From Hemiscyllium ocellatum (Eukaryota), in assembly GCF_020745735.1 (NCBI RefSeq), contig NC_083446.1:12874068-12938067 (forward strand): DNA of 64,000 bases, in the 5' to 3' direction. The notes beneath the pieces were generated by a model. It was not told where the DNA came from and did no database searches. It saw nothing but the letters and a program-made list of their open reading frames with translations. This document shows, piece by piece, positions 36,885-49,980 of this stretch (position 1 is the first letter of the stretch; the number at the start of each line of letters is the position of its first letter). The position numbers and the translations under genes are program-made.

Positions 36885-37520
36885 GAAGAACAGAGGGCTC
36901 GTAAGGTTTATGTCCATAGTTCCCTCAAAGTTGCCACCCAAGTTGATAGGGTTGTTAAGAAGGCATATGGTGTCTTGGAAGTCATGAGCAAGGGAATTGA
37001 GCTTAAGAGCCACATGGTTATGCTGCAGCTCTATAAAGCCATGGTTAGACCACACTTGAAATATTGTGTTCAGTTCTGGTTGCTTCATGAAAGAAGGATG
37101 TGGAAGCTTTAGAGAAGGTTTTGAGGCGATTTACCAGGATGCTTCCTGGACTGGAGGGTATGTCTTAAGAAGGATGGTTGAGGGAGCTAAGGCTTTTCTC
37201 ATTGTAGTGAAGAAGGATGAGAGGCAACTTGATAAAAATGTACAAGATGATGAGACACATAGATAGAGTGAATGGTCACATACTTTTTTCCAGGGCAGAA
37301 ATGGCTAACACAAGGGGGCATAATTTTAAGGTGATTGGAGAAAGGTTTAGGGGAGTTGTCAGAGGTCAATACTTTACACAGAACGTGGTAGGTGCGTGGA
37401 ATGCACTGCAGCGATGGTGGTAGAGTCAGATACATTAGGGACATTTAAGCGACTCTTGGATGGGCACATGGATGATAGCAAAATGAAGGGTATGAAGGTT
37501 AGTTTGATCTTAACGTAATA
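36885..37520 (+). mobile_element. CR1 LINE 3' fragment
   Basis: VDRVVKKAYG..MLQLYKAMVRPHLKYCVQFW. Confidence 0.88.
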
Positions 37521-37784
37521 TAAAAAGTCAGCACAACATCAAGGGCCAAAGGGCCTGTAGTATGCTGTACTGTTCTATATTCATGGCACCACTAATAAGA
37601 CAATCCATTCTGTAGAATTGAAATGCAATCAGATCAGAGGAAAGGATGGGATTTGTCTGTTCTTACCCATGTTAAAAGCTCAGACAGAAGTATGAAATAG
37701 AATTGGTTGGTTTCTGATGCATGGTGAGAGATCTATCACTGAAACTAGAAGAAGGGCAGGGCAGGTGAAGGGAAATGAATAAAT

Positions 37785-39650
37785 TAGAGTCACAGAGTCC
37801 TACAGCACGGATACAGGCCCTCCAGCCCAAACTGGTCCATGCTGACCAAAATGTCCATCCACGCTAACCCCATTTCCCTGCACTTGGCCCATAAACTTCT
37901 AAATCTTTCCTATCCAGTATTTGTCCAAATGCCTTATAAATGTTGTTAATGTACCCGCCTCAATGACTTCCGCTGGCAGCTCATTCCATCTGCATACCAC
38001 CCTCTGTGTAAAAAAGCCCCTCAGGTTCCCTTTTATTCTTTCCCCTGTCACCTCAAACTGATGCCCTCTAGTTCTCGATTCCCCAACCCTGGGGAAAAGA
38101 CTGAGTGCATTCACCCGATCCATGCCTCACATGATATTATATACTTCTATAAGATCCCCCCTCAGTTCGAAAGAAAAAAATGTCCTAGCTTGTCCAAGCT
38201 CTCCCTATAACCCAGACCGTTGAGTTCGGGGAACATGTTTGTAAATTTCTTCTGCACTCTTTCCAATTTAATAACATCCTTCCTATAGTAAGGTGACCAA
38301 AACTGAACACAATACTCGGCGCAAGTGCAGCCGCACCAACGTCCTATACAATTGCAACATAACTTCCCAACTTCTATACTCAGTGTCCTGACAGATGAAG
38401 GCCAGTGTACCAAAAGTCTTCTTCACTGCCCTGTCTACCTGTGACTCCACTTCCAGTGAACTGTGAACCTGAACTCCAAGATCCACTACACTCTTTAAGG
38501 CCCTACCATTCACCATGAAAGTCGTACCTTGACTTGACTTTCCAAAATGCAACACCCCACGCTTTTCTATATTCAACTCCATTTGCCATTTCTTGGCCCA
38601 CTTCCCCGGCTGATCAAGGTCCTGCTGCAATTTCTGACAAGCTTCCTCACTGTCCACGATGCCTCCTATTTTAGTGTCATCTGCAAAATGCCTTGTACGT
38701 TCGCATCCAAATCATTGATATATATAATAAACAGCAATGGCCCAGCACTGACCCCTGAGATACATCACTAGTCACAGGCCTCCGGTCCGACAAGTATCCT
38801 TCCACTCTTACCCTCTGCTTCCTACTATCAAGCCAATTCTGTATCCATTTTGCTAGCTCCCCCTGGTTTCCATGTGATCTAACCTTCCAGAGCAGCCTAC
38901 CAGGTGTGGTGGCATGGTGGCTCAATGGTTAGCACTGCTGCCCCATAGCACCAGGGTCCCAGGTTCGATTCCAGCCTTGAACGACTGTCTGTGTGGAGTT
39001 TGCACATTCTCCCCGTGTCTCCGTGGGTTTCCTTCAGGTGCTCCGGTTTCCTCCCACGTCCTGGTCACTTCATCAAAGAGGCTTTCTGATCTATAGTTCC
39101 CAGGTTTTTCTTTGCAGCCCTTCTTGAATAAGGGCACCACATTTGGTGCCCTCCAGTCTTCTGGGGCCTCACCGGTGGCTAATGATGATGCAAAAATATC
39201 AGCCAGAGCCCTGCAATTTCTTCTCCAGTGTCTTGGACATATCTGGTCAGGACCAGGAGATTTATACACCTTCATACATTCCAATACATCCAACACCACC
39301 TCCACTGTGCTATGGACTGTCCTATGATGTCACCACTAACTTTCCCAAGTCTTCATGTCTTTCTCCACAGTAAACACAGACGAGAAATATTCATTGAGGA
39401 CCTCACCAATCTCTTGCGGTTCTACACATACATGTCCACTTCGGTCCTTAACTCTCTCTAGTTATTCTTTTTCCTTTCATATACTTAAAAAATCTCTTTG
39501 GATTCACCCTAATCTTCTCAGCCCCTTTTTCACCCTCCTGATTTACTTCTTCAGTAACTTGTATCCCTTACAGGGATTCCCTTGATCCCAGCTGCCGTAT
39601 CTCCTTTTTTCTGGTCAGACCCTCGATATTTATTGTCATCCAGGGTTCCT
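37785..39650 (-). mobile_element. CR1 LINE ORF2 3' half with SINE head inserted at ~38905-39058
   Basis: KSPGPDQI, WIQNWL..RKQRV..VTSDVSQGSVLG, LQQDLD..WAKKWQMELN, YCVQFWSPYYRKDVIKLERVQ. Confidence 0.9.
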
Positions 39651-40107
39651 GTAGGAGTGTTTTTCCCTGAAAGGGAATGAAGACTTGGGAAGCAGGATGC
39701 AGGCATGTGGAAGTTTATTCATGCAGAAACCAGTTAAAGCAGGGAGAGGGCCAAAGGATCTTCCCTGAATCTGGCTTCAACGTATGAAATCAATTATTCA
39801 CTTAATCTTTAGCTCAGATCAAAAGATAGATTAATGACACTAACTCATACAGTAAAAGGTAGTATTTTTATACATTTCTGTATTACAAGAATTACATAAA
39901 ACGTAACTGCAGACCTTTCCTCCTAATCCATACACCCAATCTGTGTTAAACGCCTAATCAGTGATAGACACCTATCTGACCAGCCTTAGCTTCCCATGAT
40001 CTTGTAGTGTTTATTGGCCATTCCAATCCCTAGACCTTGGGATCTTTCGATGCATCTTGTTCATTTGCATTCCAGAGTCACTGGCCATACTCCCTTAGAT
40101 CTGTTTC

Positions 40108-40545
40108 AGGGTGGCATCGTGGCTCAGTGGTTAGCACTGCTGCCTAACAGCACCAGGGACCCAGGTTCGTATTCAGCCTCGGGCGACTGTCTGTGTGAAG
40201 TTTGCACATTCTCCCCGTGTCTGTGTGGGTGTGCTCCGGTTTCCTCCCACAAACCAAAGACGTGCAGCTTAGGTGAATTGGTCATGCTAAATTGCCCAAA
40301 GTGTTAGGTGAAGGGGTAAATGTAGAGGAATGGGTTTGCTCTTTGGAGGGTCGGCGTGCACTTGTTGGGCCGAAGGACCTGTTTCCACACTGTAAGTAAT
40401 CTAATCTAATCTAAATTGCCCATAGTGTTTAGGTGCATTAGTCAAGAGTAAATACAGAATAATAGGTTTGGGTGGGTTACTCTTTGGAGGGTCGATATGG
40501 ACTTGTTGGGCCAAATGGCCTGTTTCCACACTGTAGGGATTCTAA
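40108..40545 (+). mobile_element. HE1-like SINE(s), nested in an LTR-like segment (~39650-40632)
   Basis: tRNA head and two successive 3' halves. Confidence 0.8.
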
Positions 40546-40685
40546 CAGTCTAACAGGCTGGCTTATCTCTTCAGGACAGCTTGAGTTCTATTATTCACTG
40601 TATTCCATTTAATTATGCCCCTTATATTTCCCACTTTTCTAATCGTATATGTAAAAATGTTTTAGTTTTAATTTGTTGCTATAAG

Positions 40686-41212
40686 ATTTGGAGGTGCCAG
40701 TGTTGAACTGGGGTGTATAAAGTTAAAAATCACACAACACCAGGTCATAGCCCAACAGGTTTATTTGGAAGCACTAGCTTTCGAAGTGCTGCTCCTTCAT
40801 CAGGTGGTTGTGGAGTCTAATGATCACAGAACTTATAGCCAAAAAAATCCAGTGTCACAGAGATGTGATACATTAAACAATTTTAGATTTAAGTCTTTCA
40901 TCTTTTAAAATTGGATTTGCTGGTTTCTGTTTTTTGACATGTAAATCCCAGAACTATTTCTAAATTGCATTCTCAAGATAGTTCAGCTTTTCTAACAAAA
41001 GGTGTGAAGTTTGTCTGTGTCCCAATGTTTAGTCAGACTGACGAGCCCTCTGCATAGTTTTACAGAGTTTTACATGGATTCATGCAGTTTTTGAGCAAAA
41101 TAAAATGCAATTCTGCAAAAACAAATTCACCCCATGAAGTTAGATGTGCACGCATGTAGAAGCAACAGAGTGAGTGTGCACGTGCACATGATAGAGTCTG
41201 TAAGCTTGGTTA

Positions 41213-41248
<36 letters not shown>

Positions 41249-41760
41249 ATGAGGTATGTGTCTGTGAGAGGGTGCATGTGTGGGTGTGAGTGCGGGGGGT
41301 GTCTGTGTGCATATGAGAGAGAGAGCTTGTGTATGAGAGAGGGTCTGTCTGGGTGTGTGAGTATGTAGGAGTGTGTGTGAGTGTGCGCACACGTGTGTGT
41401 GAGAGAGTGTATCATGCAGTGGGGTCACCTGTTGTGTGAATGAACCCAAGGTCCCTGTTGAGGCCATTCCCATTGATATTGAACTTTGCTATCAGTCACG
41501 TGCACACTCATATACATATTTACTCTGTTTTAAAAAAGTTTTGGGATTTACATATCAAAGAACAGAAACCAGCATATCCCATTATAAAAGATGAAAGATC
41601 TAATCTAAAGTTGTTCAGCGTATCACATCTCTGAGACACTGGATTCCTTTGGCTATAAATTCTGTGATCATTATCTTATATTCCACAACCATCTGATGAA
41701 GGAGCAGGGCGCTTTGAAAGCTAGTGCTTCCAGATAGACCTGTTGGACTATAACCTGGCG

Positions 41761-41765
<5 letters not shown>
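40686..41765 (-). mobile_element. Penelope-like element with ~250-bp inverted arms, (TG)n-rich UTR and ORF C-terminus
   Basis: Arms ~40728-40965 and ~41525-41765 are reverse complements, each with a hammerhead motif; minus strand ~41430-41494 reads LIAKFNINGNGLNRDLGF (PLE ORF end). Confidence 0.8.
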
Positions 41766-41810
<45 letters not shown>

Positions 41811-41820
41811 GTATGTATGT
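41762..41820. repeat. (TG)n(TA)n microsatellite
   Basis: Direct reading. Confidence 0.9.
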
Positions 41821-43247
41821 TGGAGAATCTCTAACTAGAAACTATTGCTTAATATTGCAGAGTAGTTAAGAAACTGTTTACTAAGAAATAGCTATCTTTG
41901 TTCTGGTACTGTTTAGAGAGTTTAGCATGCTACTATCTTGCACCTGGTATTTACTGTTTAGTGGCACAAGAATTCTTTCATCAGCGAACTGAGAAAATTT
42001 GCTTATTTGTAGGCATGTTCTTATCATAATTGTTTAGGATAGGCCCCCTTTACTGGCTTTGCAGTAAATTTGTTCAAAGGTACCATTGTTTTCTTTACTT
42101 AAAGGCTGGGATGGTCTGTTCGTCTTATTCATCTCCTTTCAGCCATCTTGTATTTTAATGTTGTGCTGGGTTATCCTTTTTGTCGGCCATTTTGTATGAG
42201 CAGGCATAGACCATTTTGTTGTAAGCAGGTACAGGTCACCCCTACAGTTCCCTATTTCCATCAATCTTGCCTTTCACCCTCACGGGAACCGATAGATCTT
42301 GAACTCTAGCTATCTCACTTACAAAGACTTCCCACTTGCCGAAGGGCCCTTTGCTTGCAAGCAAACTACTCCAATCCACCCCTGCCAGCTTCTGTCTAAT
42401 TCCATCAAAATTCGCCTTAGCCCAGTTTAGAACCTGAACCTGTGGATCAGTTTTGTCCCTCTCCATAACTATTTTAAAATTAATAGAACTATGGTCACTG
42501 GTCCCAAAGTTTTTCTCCCTCGCAAGTAGGACCGTCTGTATACTGCTTGAGGAAACATTCCTGAACGCATTTAACAAATTCCACCCCATCTAAGTCCTTG
42601 ATGCTCTGGCAGTCATAGTCTATGTTAAGAAAATTAAAAACCCCCTACTATGAATACCCTATTGCTCCTGCAAGTCTCCCCAGTCTCCCTGCTATTTATT
42701 CCTCTAATTCCCTTTTGGGGACTTATAGTACAACCCCAATAATATCACCAGCCCCTTCTTATTTCTTAGCTCTATCTACAAAGCCTCAGTGGATGATTCT
42801 TCAGTTATTTATCTCTGACTACTGCTGTGATATTTGCCTTGATCAAAAATGCAACTCCCCCTCCCTTCTTTCTACTACCTCTGTCCCACCTAAAGCACCT
42901 ATACCCTGGAACATTAAGCTGCCAGTCCTGCCACATTTCTGTAATGGCTATAATAGCCCAGAGTCTCACATACCTGTCCATGCCCTGAGTTCATCAGCCT
43001 TACCTGTCAGCCCTCTTGCTTTGAAATAGATGCAATTTAATCCAACTGGCATTCCTTGCTCCCTGTCATGTTCCAGCCTGAGCTGTCTCTTCACTTTACT
43101 ATTTCTGATGACTGTATTTCCTTCCAGCCTCACACGTGCCTCCCTGCTGTTGAGAATCCCATCCCCTGCCAATCTAATTTCAACCCTCCCTTGTAGCACT
43201 AGCAAACACAGCTGCCAAGATATTTGTCCTCGTCCAGTTCAGATGTA

Positions 43248-43920
43248 AACAAGTTTTGCGAAGATTTGTAGCTTAGGTTGAGGCTCTGGATCTAAGTTTG
43301 CTTGTGGAGTTGGAATGACTGCCAGACTACTCAGACCCCTTGGCATCATGGTAGCCCACAAACCCACCAACACACTAAAACAGCAGCTAATTAACTTGAA
43401 AGACCCTATACACATAATAAACAAAACTAATGTCATTTACGAAATAGCTTGCAAGAACTATAACAGACACTACATTGGACAATCAGGCAGAAAACTAGCC
43501 ACCAGGATACATGCACATCAACTAGCCACAAAAAGGTATGACCCACCCTCACTAATATCCTTACATACAGATGAGGATGGACACCACTTCAAGGAAGGAC
43601 ACCGCTTCGACTGGGACAACACAGCCAGCCTAGGAGAAGCCAAACAGAGACATGCGTGAGAATTCCTCAAAGCATGGCATTCCAAATGGAACTCTATTAA
43701 CAAACACATTGACTTGGATCCCATTTACCACCGCCTGAGAAAAAGAACAGGTAATGACATCATCACAGGAAATGACATCACCAACCCAAGTAAACCTAAA
43801 CACATAAGTAGAAAGCGGGCCATGCCACCAGTAATTCATCCTGAGGCTCACTGAAGATGTTACCTAGTATGGTGACAAAACGTCTGCAAATGAACCTTCC
43901 AGCTCAGCGAGCAAACCTCT
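43248..43920 (+). mobile_element. Penelope-like element 3' end: GIY-YIG plus degenerate hammerhead
   Basis: NVIYEIACKNYNRHYIGQSGRKLATRIHAH; ctgaagatgttacctagtatggtgacaaaacgtctgca. Confidence 0.88.
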
Positions 43921-44380
43921 TGACTGGGTCACCTCTGCCCTAGAAAAGATTTCAATGATCTAAAAACTGAATTCCTGCCGCCTCCACCGATTCTTTAGCC
44001 ATGCAGTCATCTGCCATATCCTGTTGTTCTTACCCTCACTAGCATGTGGTACCAGAAGTAATCCAGAAATTACCACTGACGAAGTTCTGGTTTCTAACTT
44101 TTTTCCAGCTCTCTATAATCACTCTGCAGGATCTCATCACAATTGTTACCTATGTTATTTGTGCCAATGTGAACAATGACTTCTGGCTGCTCACCCTCCC
44201 TCTTGAGAATGTTCTGCAGCCCCACTGAGACATCCTGGCCCCTGGCACCCGGGAGACAACACATCATCGTGGATTCCCATTTGTGGCCATAGAATTTCCT
44301 ATCTGTCCCCCTAACTATTGAGTCTTCTATCACTAAGATCCTGTTTACCCCTCCCCTTTCCTGCTGTGCCCCAGAACCAA

Positions 44381-44698
44381 TGGGCGGCACGGTGGCACAG
44401 TGGTTAGCACTGCTGGCTCACAGCGCCTGAGACCCGGGTTCAATTCCCGACTCAGGTGACTGACTGTGTGGAGTTTGCACGTTCTCCCCATGTCTGCATG
44501 GGTTTCCTCCGGGTGCTCCGGTTTCCTCCCACAGTCCAAAGATGTGCGGGTCAAGTGAATTGGCCATGCTAAATTGCCCGTAGCGTTAAGTAAGGGGTAT
44601 GGGTGGGTTGCGCTTCAGCGGGTCGGTGTGGACTTGTTGGGCCGAAGGGCCTGTTTCCACACTGTAAGTAATCTAATCTAAAGTAATCTAATCTAATC
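44381..44698 (+). mobile_element. HE1-like SINE, full length
   Basis: Complete head and (aatct)n tail. Confidence 0.92.
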
Positions 44699-44879
44699 AG
44701 TCGTAGCACCACCAACCTGGCTACTGCTGCTTTCCCCTGAACATCCCTCCCCAACTGTATCCAAACCCCAACTACTCTCTGCTTGCACCTTAGGTGTGAC
44801 CACCTCATTAAAACTCTTATCGATGAAGTACTCCGCATCTCAGCTGATCCTGGGTGCATCCAGCTCCGAATCCAGCCTC

Positions 44880-46630
44880 AATTTCTCTCGTCATGTAGTA
44901 TGCCCTACACCTAGCAGCCTTTTCTTTCATACTAATAGGAACATACTGCCTCTGGACTCTCATTTTTAAAGGCTTCCCACTTCCCAACCATCCCTTTACA
45001 TCTGGATAGCCTCCCCAAATCAACTCCTGTCTAATACAGTCAAAATTGGCCAAACTCCAATTCAGAACCTTAACATCCTGATTAGTTCTATCCTTTGCCA
45101 TAACTGTTTTAAAACTAATAGAATTATGATCACTAGCCTCCAAGTGCACTCCCATTGGCACTTACCCTGCCTTAATTTCCAACAGAAGGTCAAGTATTTG
45201 ACCTTTCTAAAATTTTATGTACTTGTACACAAATTCTTCTCCACCCAAGCCCTTAACATGGTAGTCCTAGTTGATGTTTGGATTTGAAATCCCCTATTAT
45301 TACAACCCTATTATTGGTACAGATCTTCTTTGATATTTGCCTCTCAATTTCCCACTGACAATTGGAGGGGCCTGGTAATACAATCCCAACAAGGTGAATC
45401 ATCCCCTTCTTATTTCTCAGTTCCACCTATATAACTTCAGTGGTCGGTGTCCCAGGAATATCCTCCCTAAGTACAGCCATAGTGTTATCCTAAACCAAAA
45501 ACACCACTCCTCCTCCTTCCTTGCTTCCCTTTCTATCCTTCCAATAGCATCTACACTCTGGGACATTAATCTGTCAGTCCTGCCCATCCCCGAGCCACAT
45601 TTCTGTAATATCTATGTATCCCAGTCCCATGTTCCCAACCATTCCGAATTCATCTGTCTTATCTGTTAGGTCTCTTACATTGACGTAAATGCAGTTTAAT
45701 TTATCAGTCTTACCTCATTTACTGCCAAGCTCTTGTCTGTCTTCATTATTTGACTTTCTCCCTTTATGTACTCTACCAGCCTCACAATAGCTTTGATTTT
45801 CCCCCCTTACTAGTTTGAAGCCTCCTGAGTAGAACCCATCCCTCTCATCCGGTTCAGTTCTACCCTGAAGAGATCCCAATGGTCCGAAAATGTGAATCCT
45901 TGGCTGCTGCACTAGCTCCTCAGTCACGTATTCATTTGGTCTGTCCTCCTATTCTGACTCTCAGTAGCTCATAGCACCAGTAGTAGTCCAGATATTACTA
46001 CCCTCAAGGACTTATTTTTTTGCTTCCTGCCTAGTTTCTGATATTCTCTCTGCAGAACCTTACCCCTTTCCCTACCTAAGTGGTTGGTACCAACGTTCCC
46101 AATGACCTTCTGTTGCCCTCTAAACCTTTCCAATTCATGTACCTGTAGAAATCTCTTTTAAATGTTGCAACTGTGCTTACATCTACCACTTCCTCTGGAG
46201 GTTCATTCCATGTATGAACCACCCTCTATGTGAAAACGTTGTCCCTTTTCAATCTTTCTCTGCTCAGCTTAAAAATATGCCCTCTAGTACTTATCCATAT
46301 CCTCCTTGCAGGCTCCTTATGTCCTCTTCACAACTCACTTTCCTACCTAACTTTGTGTCATCATCAAAATTAGCTATCATACCTTCAGTGCCTTTGTCCA
46401 AATTATTTATGTATATTGTAAAGAGTTGAGGCACCAGCACCCTATGACACACCACTTGTGACATCCTGCCATCCTATAAAAGACCCATTTATTCCTCTCT
46501 ACTTCCTGTTAGACAGATTTCGGTCCCATGCCAATATGTTAGTCCTTACACCATGAGTTTTAATTTTCCGCAATAATCTTCGATGTGGCACATTATCAAA
46601 TACAATATCACTGGTTTCCCCTTTATTTAC
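44880..46630 (-). mobile_element. CR1 LINE fragments (esterase, endonuclease, RT)
   Basis: HLEASDHNSISFK; FDNVPHRRLLRKIKTHGV. Confidence 0.75.
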
Positions 46631-47050
46631 AGTCATAGAGTCATAGAGATGTACAACACGGAAACAGACCCTTCGGTCCAACTCGTCCATGCCGACCAGA
46701 TATCCCAACCCAATTTAGTCCCACCTGCCAGCACCCGGCCCATATCCCACCAAACCCTTCCTATTCATATGCCCATCCAGATGCCTCTTAAATGTTGCAA
46801 TTGTACCAGCCTCCACCACCTCCTCTGGCAGCTCATTCCATACACGTACCACCCTTTGTGTGAAAAAAATTGTCCCATAGGTCTCTTTTATATCTTTCCC
46901 CTCTCACCCTAAACCTATGCCCTCTAGTTCTGGACTCCCTGACCCTAGGGAAAAGACTTTGTCTATTTATCCTATCCATGCCCCTCATAATTTTGTAAAC
47001 CTCGATAAGGTCACCCCTCAGCCTCCACCGTTCCAGGGAAAACAGCCCCA
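46630..47050 (-). mobile_element. Young CR1/HER1 3' end
   Basis: GLFSLERWRLRGDLIEVYKIMRG. Confidence 0.88.
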
Positions 47051-47302
47051 AATTGGTTAAATATGATTTCCCTTTGACAAAAGCAAAAGGCTGTCTTTGA
47101 TTACCTTAAATTTATCCAAGTGCCTTGTTATAATGTTCTTAATAGCTTCTAACGTTTTCTCTCTGAAAGATGTTAAGGTAAGTGGCTTGTAATTTGCCGC
47201 TTTCTGCTGCTGCCCTCCAACCCCCCCCAACCCCCCCTCTTTTTGAAAGGAACCTTTCTTGAATTTAATGACCTTTGGAAATTAAAACCACTGCATTAAC
47301 GA

Positions 47303-47702
47303 CCATATATACTCAAGTATTAGTCAATCTCATGTCAAAGTCGACCCCCTATTTTTGGCCAAATTACCTGGAATTTTCCATACATCTCGTGTAAAAGGCG
47401 ACCCTTGTTCTTCACAGATAACAGATCAACGTTTATGAGTCAGTGTGCCAGCCGTCACGTCCCGCTCCAGCTCTCCAGTCTGCCGGTTGTTCCGCCCCAC
47501 TCACGGTTTTCCAGTCCACTGGCCGTTGTGTTCCGCCACGGGTTTTCAGAATTACCATCATTTGTTTTTTATTCTCTTTATTCGTTAACAGATCATTTGG
47601 GCTTCTGGCATGAATTTCAGCCCCTCAAAAGTAGCATGCAAGTAATAGTCGACCCCATAAATTTAACCTTAAGAAAAATGTGACTATGACTCAAGTATAC
47701 AG
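47303..47702. mobile_element. Tc1/mariner-superfamily (Tc2/pogo-like) non-autonomous DNA element
   Basis: Degenerate TIRs ccatatatactcaagtattagtca / tgactatgactcaagtatacag, subterminal agtcgacccc repeats; interrupts a CR1 at a TA-like site. Confidence 0.55.
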
Positions 47703-48920
47703 TATCTCACTAGCTACTTAAGGCCCAGGGATTAAATCCATCAGAACCTGGGGATTTGTCAACTTGCAGTTGCAACAATTTGCTCAGTATTACTGGGAAT
47801 TGTAATATTCTTGAACTTTTTGACCATTGGTCACCATGCAGCAAAACCATCAGTTATTTTTTGCTAGCTGAATGTCTCTTCATAAACATACACCTGCATC
47901 TAATGCACACTCCCTGACTCATTGAACAAACAACAGCATCAATGGCACTTACAATAAATATTGATAGTTTGCTTTTAGAAAACTGCAACAATCCCTTCCA
48001 CAATCCTTCTTTTTATTAGAACAGTTGTATTCCCATTTCAGTCCACAATTTAAAGTGCTCATCTCATTAACAAAGGTTGAAGATTAAAGTAATGATGCTG
48101 TTCAGACATGCCATTAACATTATTAGATAAGCCTCCAACATCAGCTTGTTTCAACTAGTAATTCAAAAACTCTGCTTGTACGATTAGCCTATTGCTTGAA
48201 GAGGAAACACAGCCCCCATGTTGGCCCTGTCCTTATCCCCAGACCCTGTTCCCTGTACTGAACAAGTCGCCATTAATTCTCAAGACTGTCACTGACCTGA
48301 GCAAGGAATCCAGTCATTGTAAGAGTAGATACGGTCAGAGTCAGTACCTTCAGGAGAGACAGAGGTAGGAACCAGTGAGTGAAAAACTGAAGGCAGTCAG
48401 AGAGAGAGAGAGAGAAACTTCGATTTACAGCTTTGAAGAGGTGAAAAGAAAGTAGCGATGATCTGCAGAACGGCAAGTCCTCTGCTCTCTTGCATTTTCC
48501 TTATGCTTTCCTGATGCTTTCCAGTGTGTGTTGCAAGGAAACACGTGGTCTTCCTGAAGGATCTCCTGTGAGAAGTTCCTGTCTCTCAGGGTTCCAGCTC
48601 CTCAGCCATCACCATTAAAGATGAACAAACTACCATTAGCTGCAGCTCATAATCCTGAGCCTGAAACCCTCACCTGGGATGGGGACAATTCATAATACTC
48701 CTGGTACCCTGGAGACTGACCTTCATACCCTGAAGAGAGAAAAGAAAGACCAAAACATTCGTAGAAAATGGAATTATCTTTTTTTTGGATTTCTATCTGG
48801 TACTGATAGTGATGACTTTTGTATACTCTGATTTCACGAAATTATAAAGGACAGGTTTGCAGGCGATAAACCCTTGAGCCAAACACCACATCAGGAGCAG
48901 AATAAGATTGGCCTTTTAAT

Positions 48921-49622
48921 ATGCAGGAAGAAAGCACCGCTCACCATGTGGAAAAATCGCACACGTGCTCAGAATGTGGACAAGGCTTCCGTCAAACATC
49001 CGCTCTGTCAAAGCACAAACGCATTCACGACATGGGGAGATATTCCTGTGATGATTGTGAGAAGCAATTCAATTCCTTATCCAACCTGGATTCCCATCGG
49101 CGCTGTCACTCCGAGGAAAGACCATTTACCTGCTCCACCTGTGGGAAGGCATTCACTTGGTCATCCAGCCTTGCGGCGCACCGGCGAGTTCACACTGGGG
49201 AGAGACCGTTCACGTGCTCAAAGTGCGACAAAGACTTCACTTTTTCATCCAACCTGCTGAGACACCAGCGAGTTCACAGTGAAGAGAGGCCGATCACCTG
49301 CTTTGTGTGTGGGAAGGGATTCAAAAATTCAGCTGGCCTGCGGAAGCACGAGGTCATTCAGACCGATGAGAAACCATTCGAGTGCTCCGATTGTGGAAAG
49401 AGGTTTAAGCAGTCATACCACCTGCAGGCCCACCAACGCATTCACACCAGGGAGAAGCCATTCAGCTGCTCAGAGTGTGGGAAGGGATTCAGTCAGCACA
49501 CTAACCTGGTGGAGCACCAGTGGATTCACAAGAAAGAGAAACCTATTAAATGTCCTGAATGTGGAAAGGAGTTTCCGCATTCCTCCCACTTGAGAGCGCA
49601 TCAGCTCGTTCACACGGGTTAG
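48921..49622 (+). CDS. C2H2 zinc-finger protein, 8 fingers (finger 5 H->Q); a ninth finger lies past the stop
   Basis: 233-aa ORF; stop TAG sits in the linker TG*KP. Confidence 0.85.
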   Translation: MQEESTAHHVEKSHTCSECGQGFRQTSALSKHKRIHDMGRYSCDDCEKQFNSLSNLDSHRRCHSEERPFTCSTCGKAFTWSSSLAAHRRVHTGERPFTCSKCDKDFTFSSNLLRHQRVHSEERPITCFVCGKGFKNSAGLRKHEVIQTDEKPFECSDCGKRFKQSYHLQAHQRIHTREKPFSCSECGKGFSQHTNLVEHQWIHKKEKPIKCPECGKEFPHSSHLRAHQLVHTG

Positions 49623-49980
49623 AAACCATTCACCTGTTTTGTGTGTGAGAAGGGATTCAATAATTCAGCCACCCTGCTGAAACATCAGCTTGTTCACATT
49701 TGACACATGAGGTTTGCATACTACTGCTCTAACTGATAATCACAACCAGACTGAACTGGATTTATTCAGACAGTCAGGGTTTATTCCTGCTGGTGGTAAA
49801 CATCCCAACACCTGCACTGGGATTTAATATTCTAGACTTGACAAAGGTGGAGGTACAGGATTATTTTTTAAAAGGCTTACTTCCATTATATGCAAATGTT
49901 AGGGCTGCCATGACTAATGCAGCAGAACATGGCTGACAGTAGTGTTTGGGAAATTCCATAAGCTCAAGGATAGCAGTAAC

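Larger units (their letters stand above)
42243..44880 (-). mobile_element. CR1 LINE 5' part (ORF1 esterase plus APE endonuclease), interrupted by PLE and SINE
   Basis: VIEDSIVRGTDRKF..CCLPGARGQD..VIVHIGTNN (SGNH esterase); LNCIYFKARGLTGKADELRAW; FGTSDHSSINFKI. Confidence 0.88.

Noticed and set aside
41127-41473. His/Thr-rich ORFs
   Set aside because: Translation of (TG)n microsatellite-rich PLE UTR
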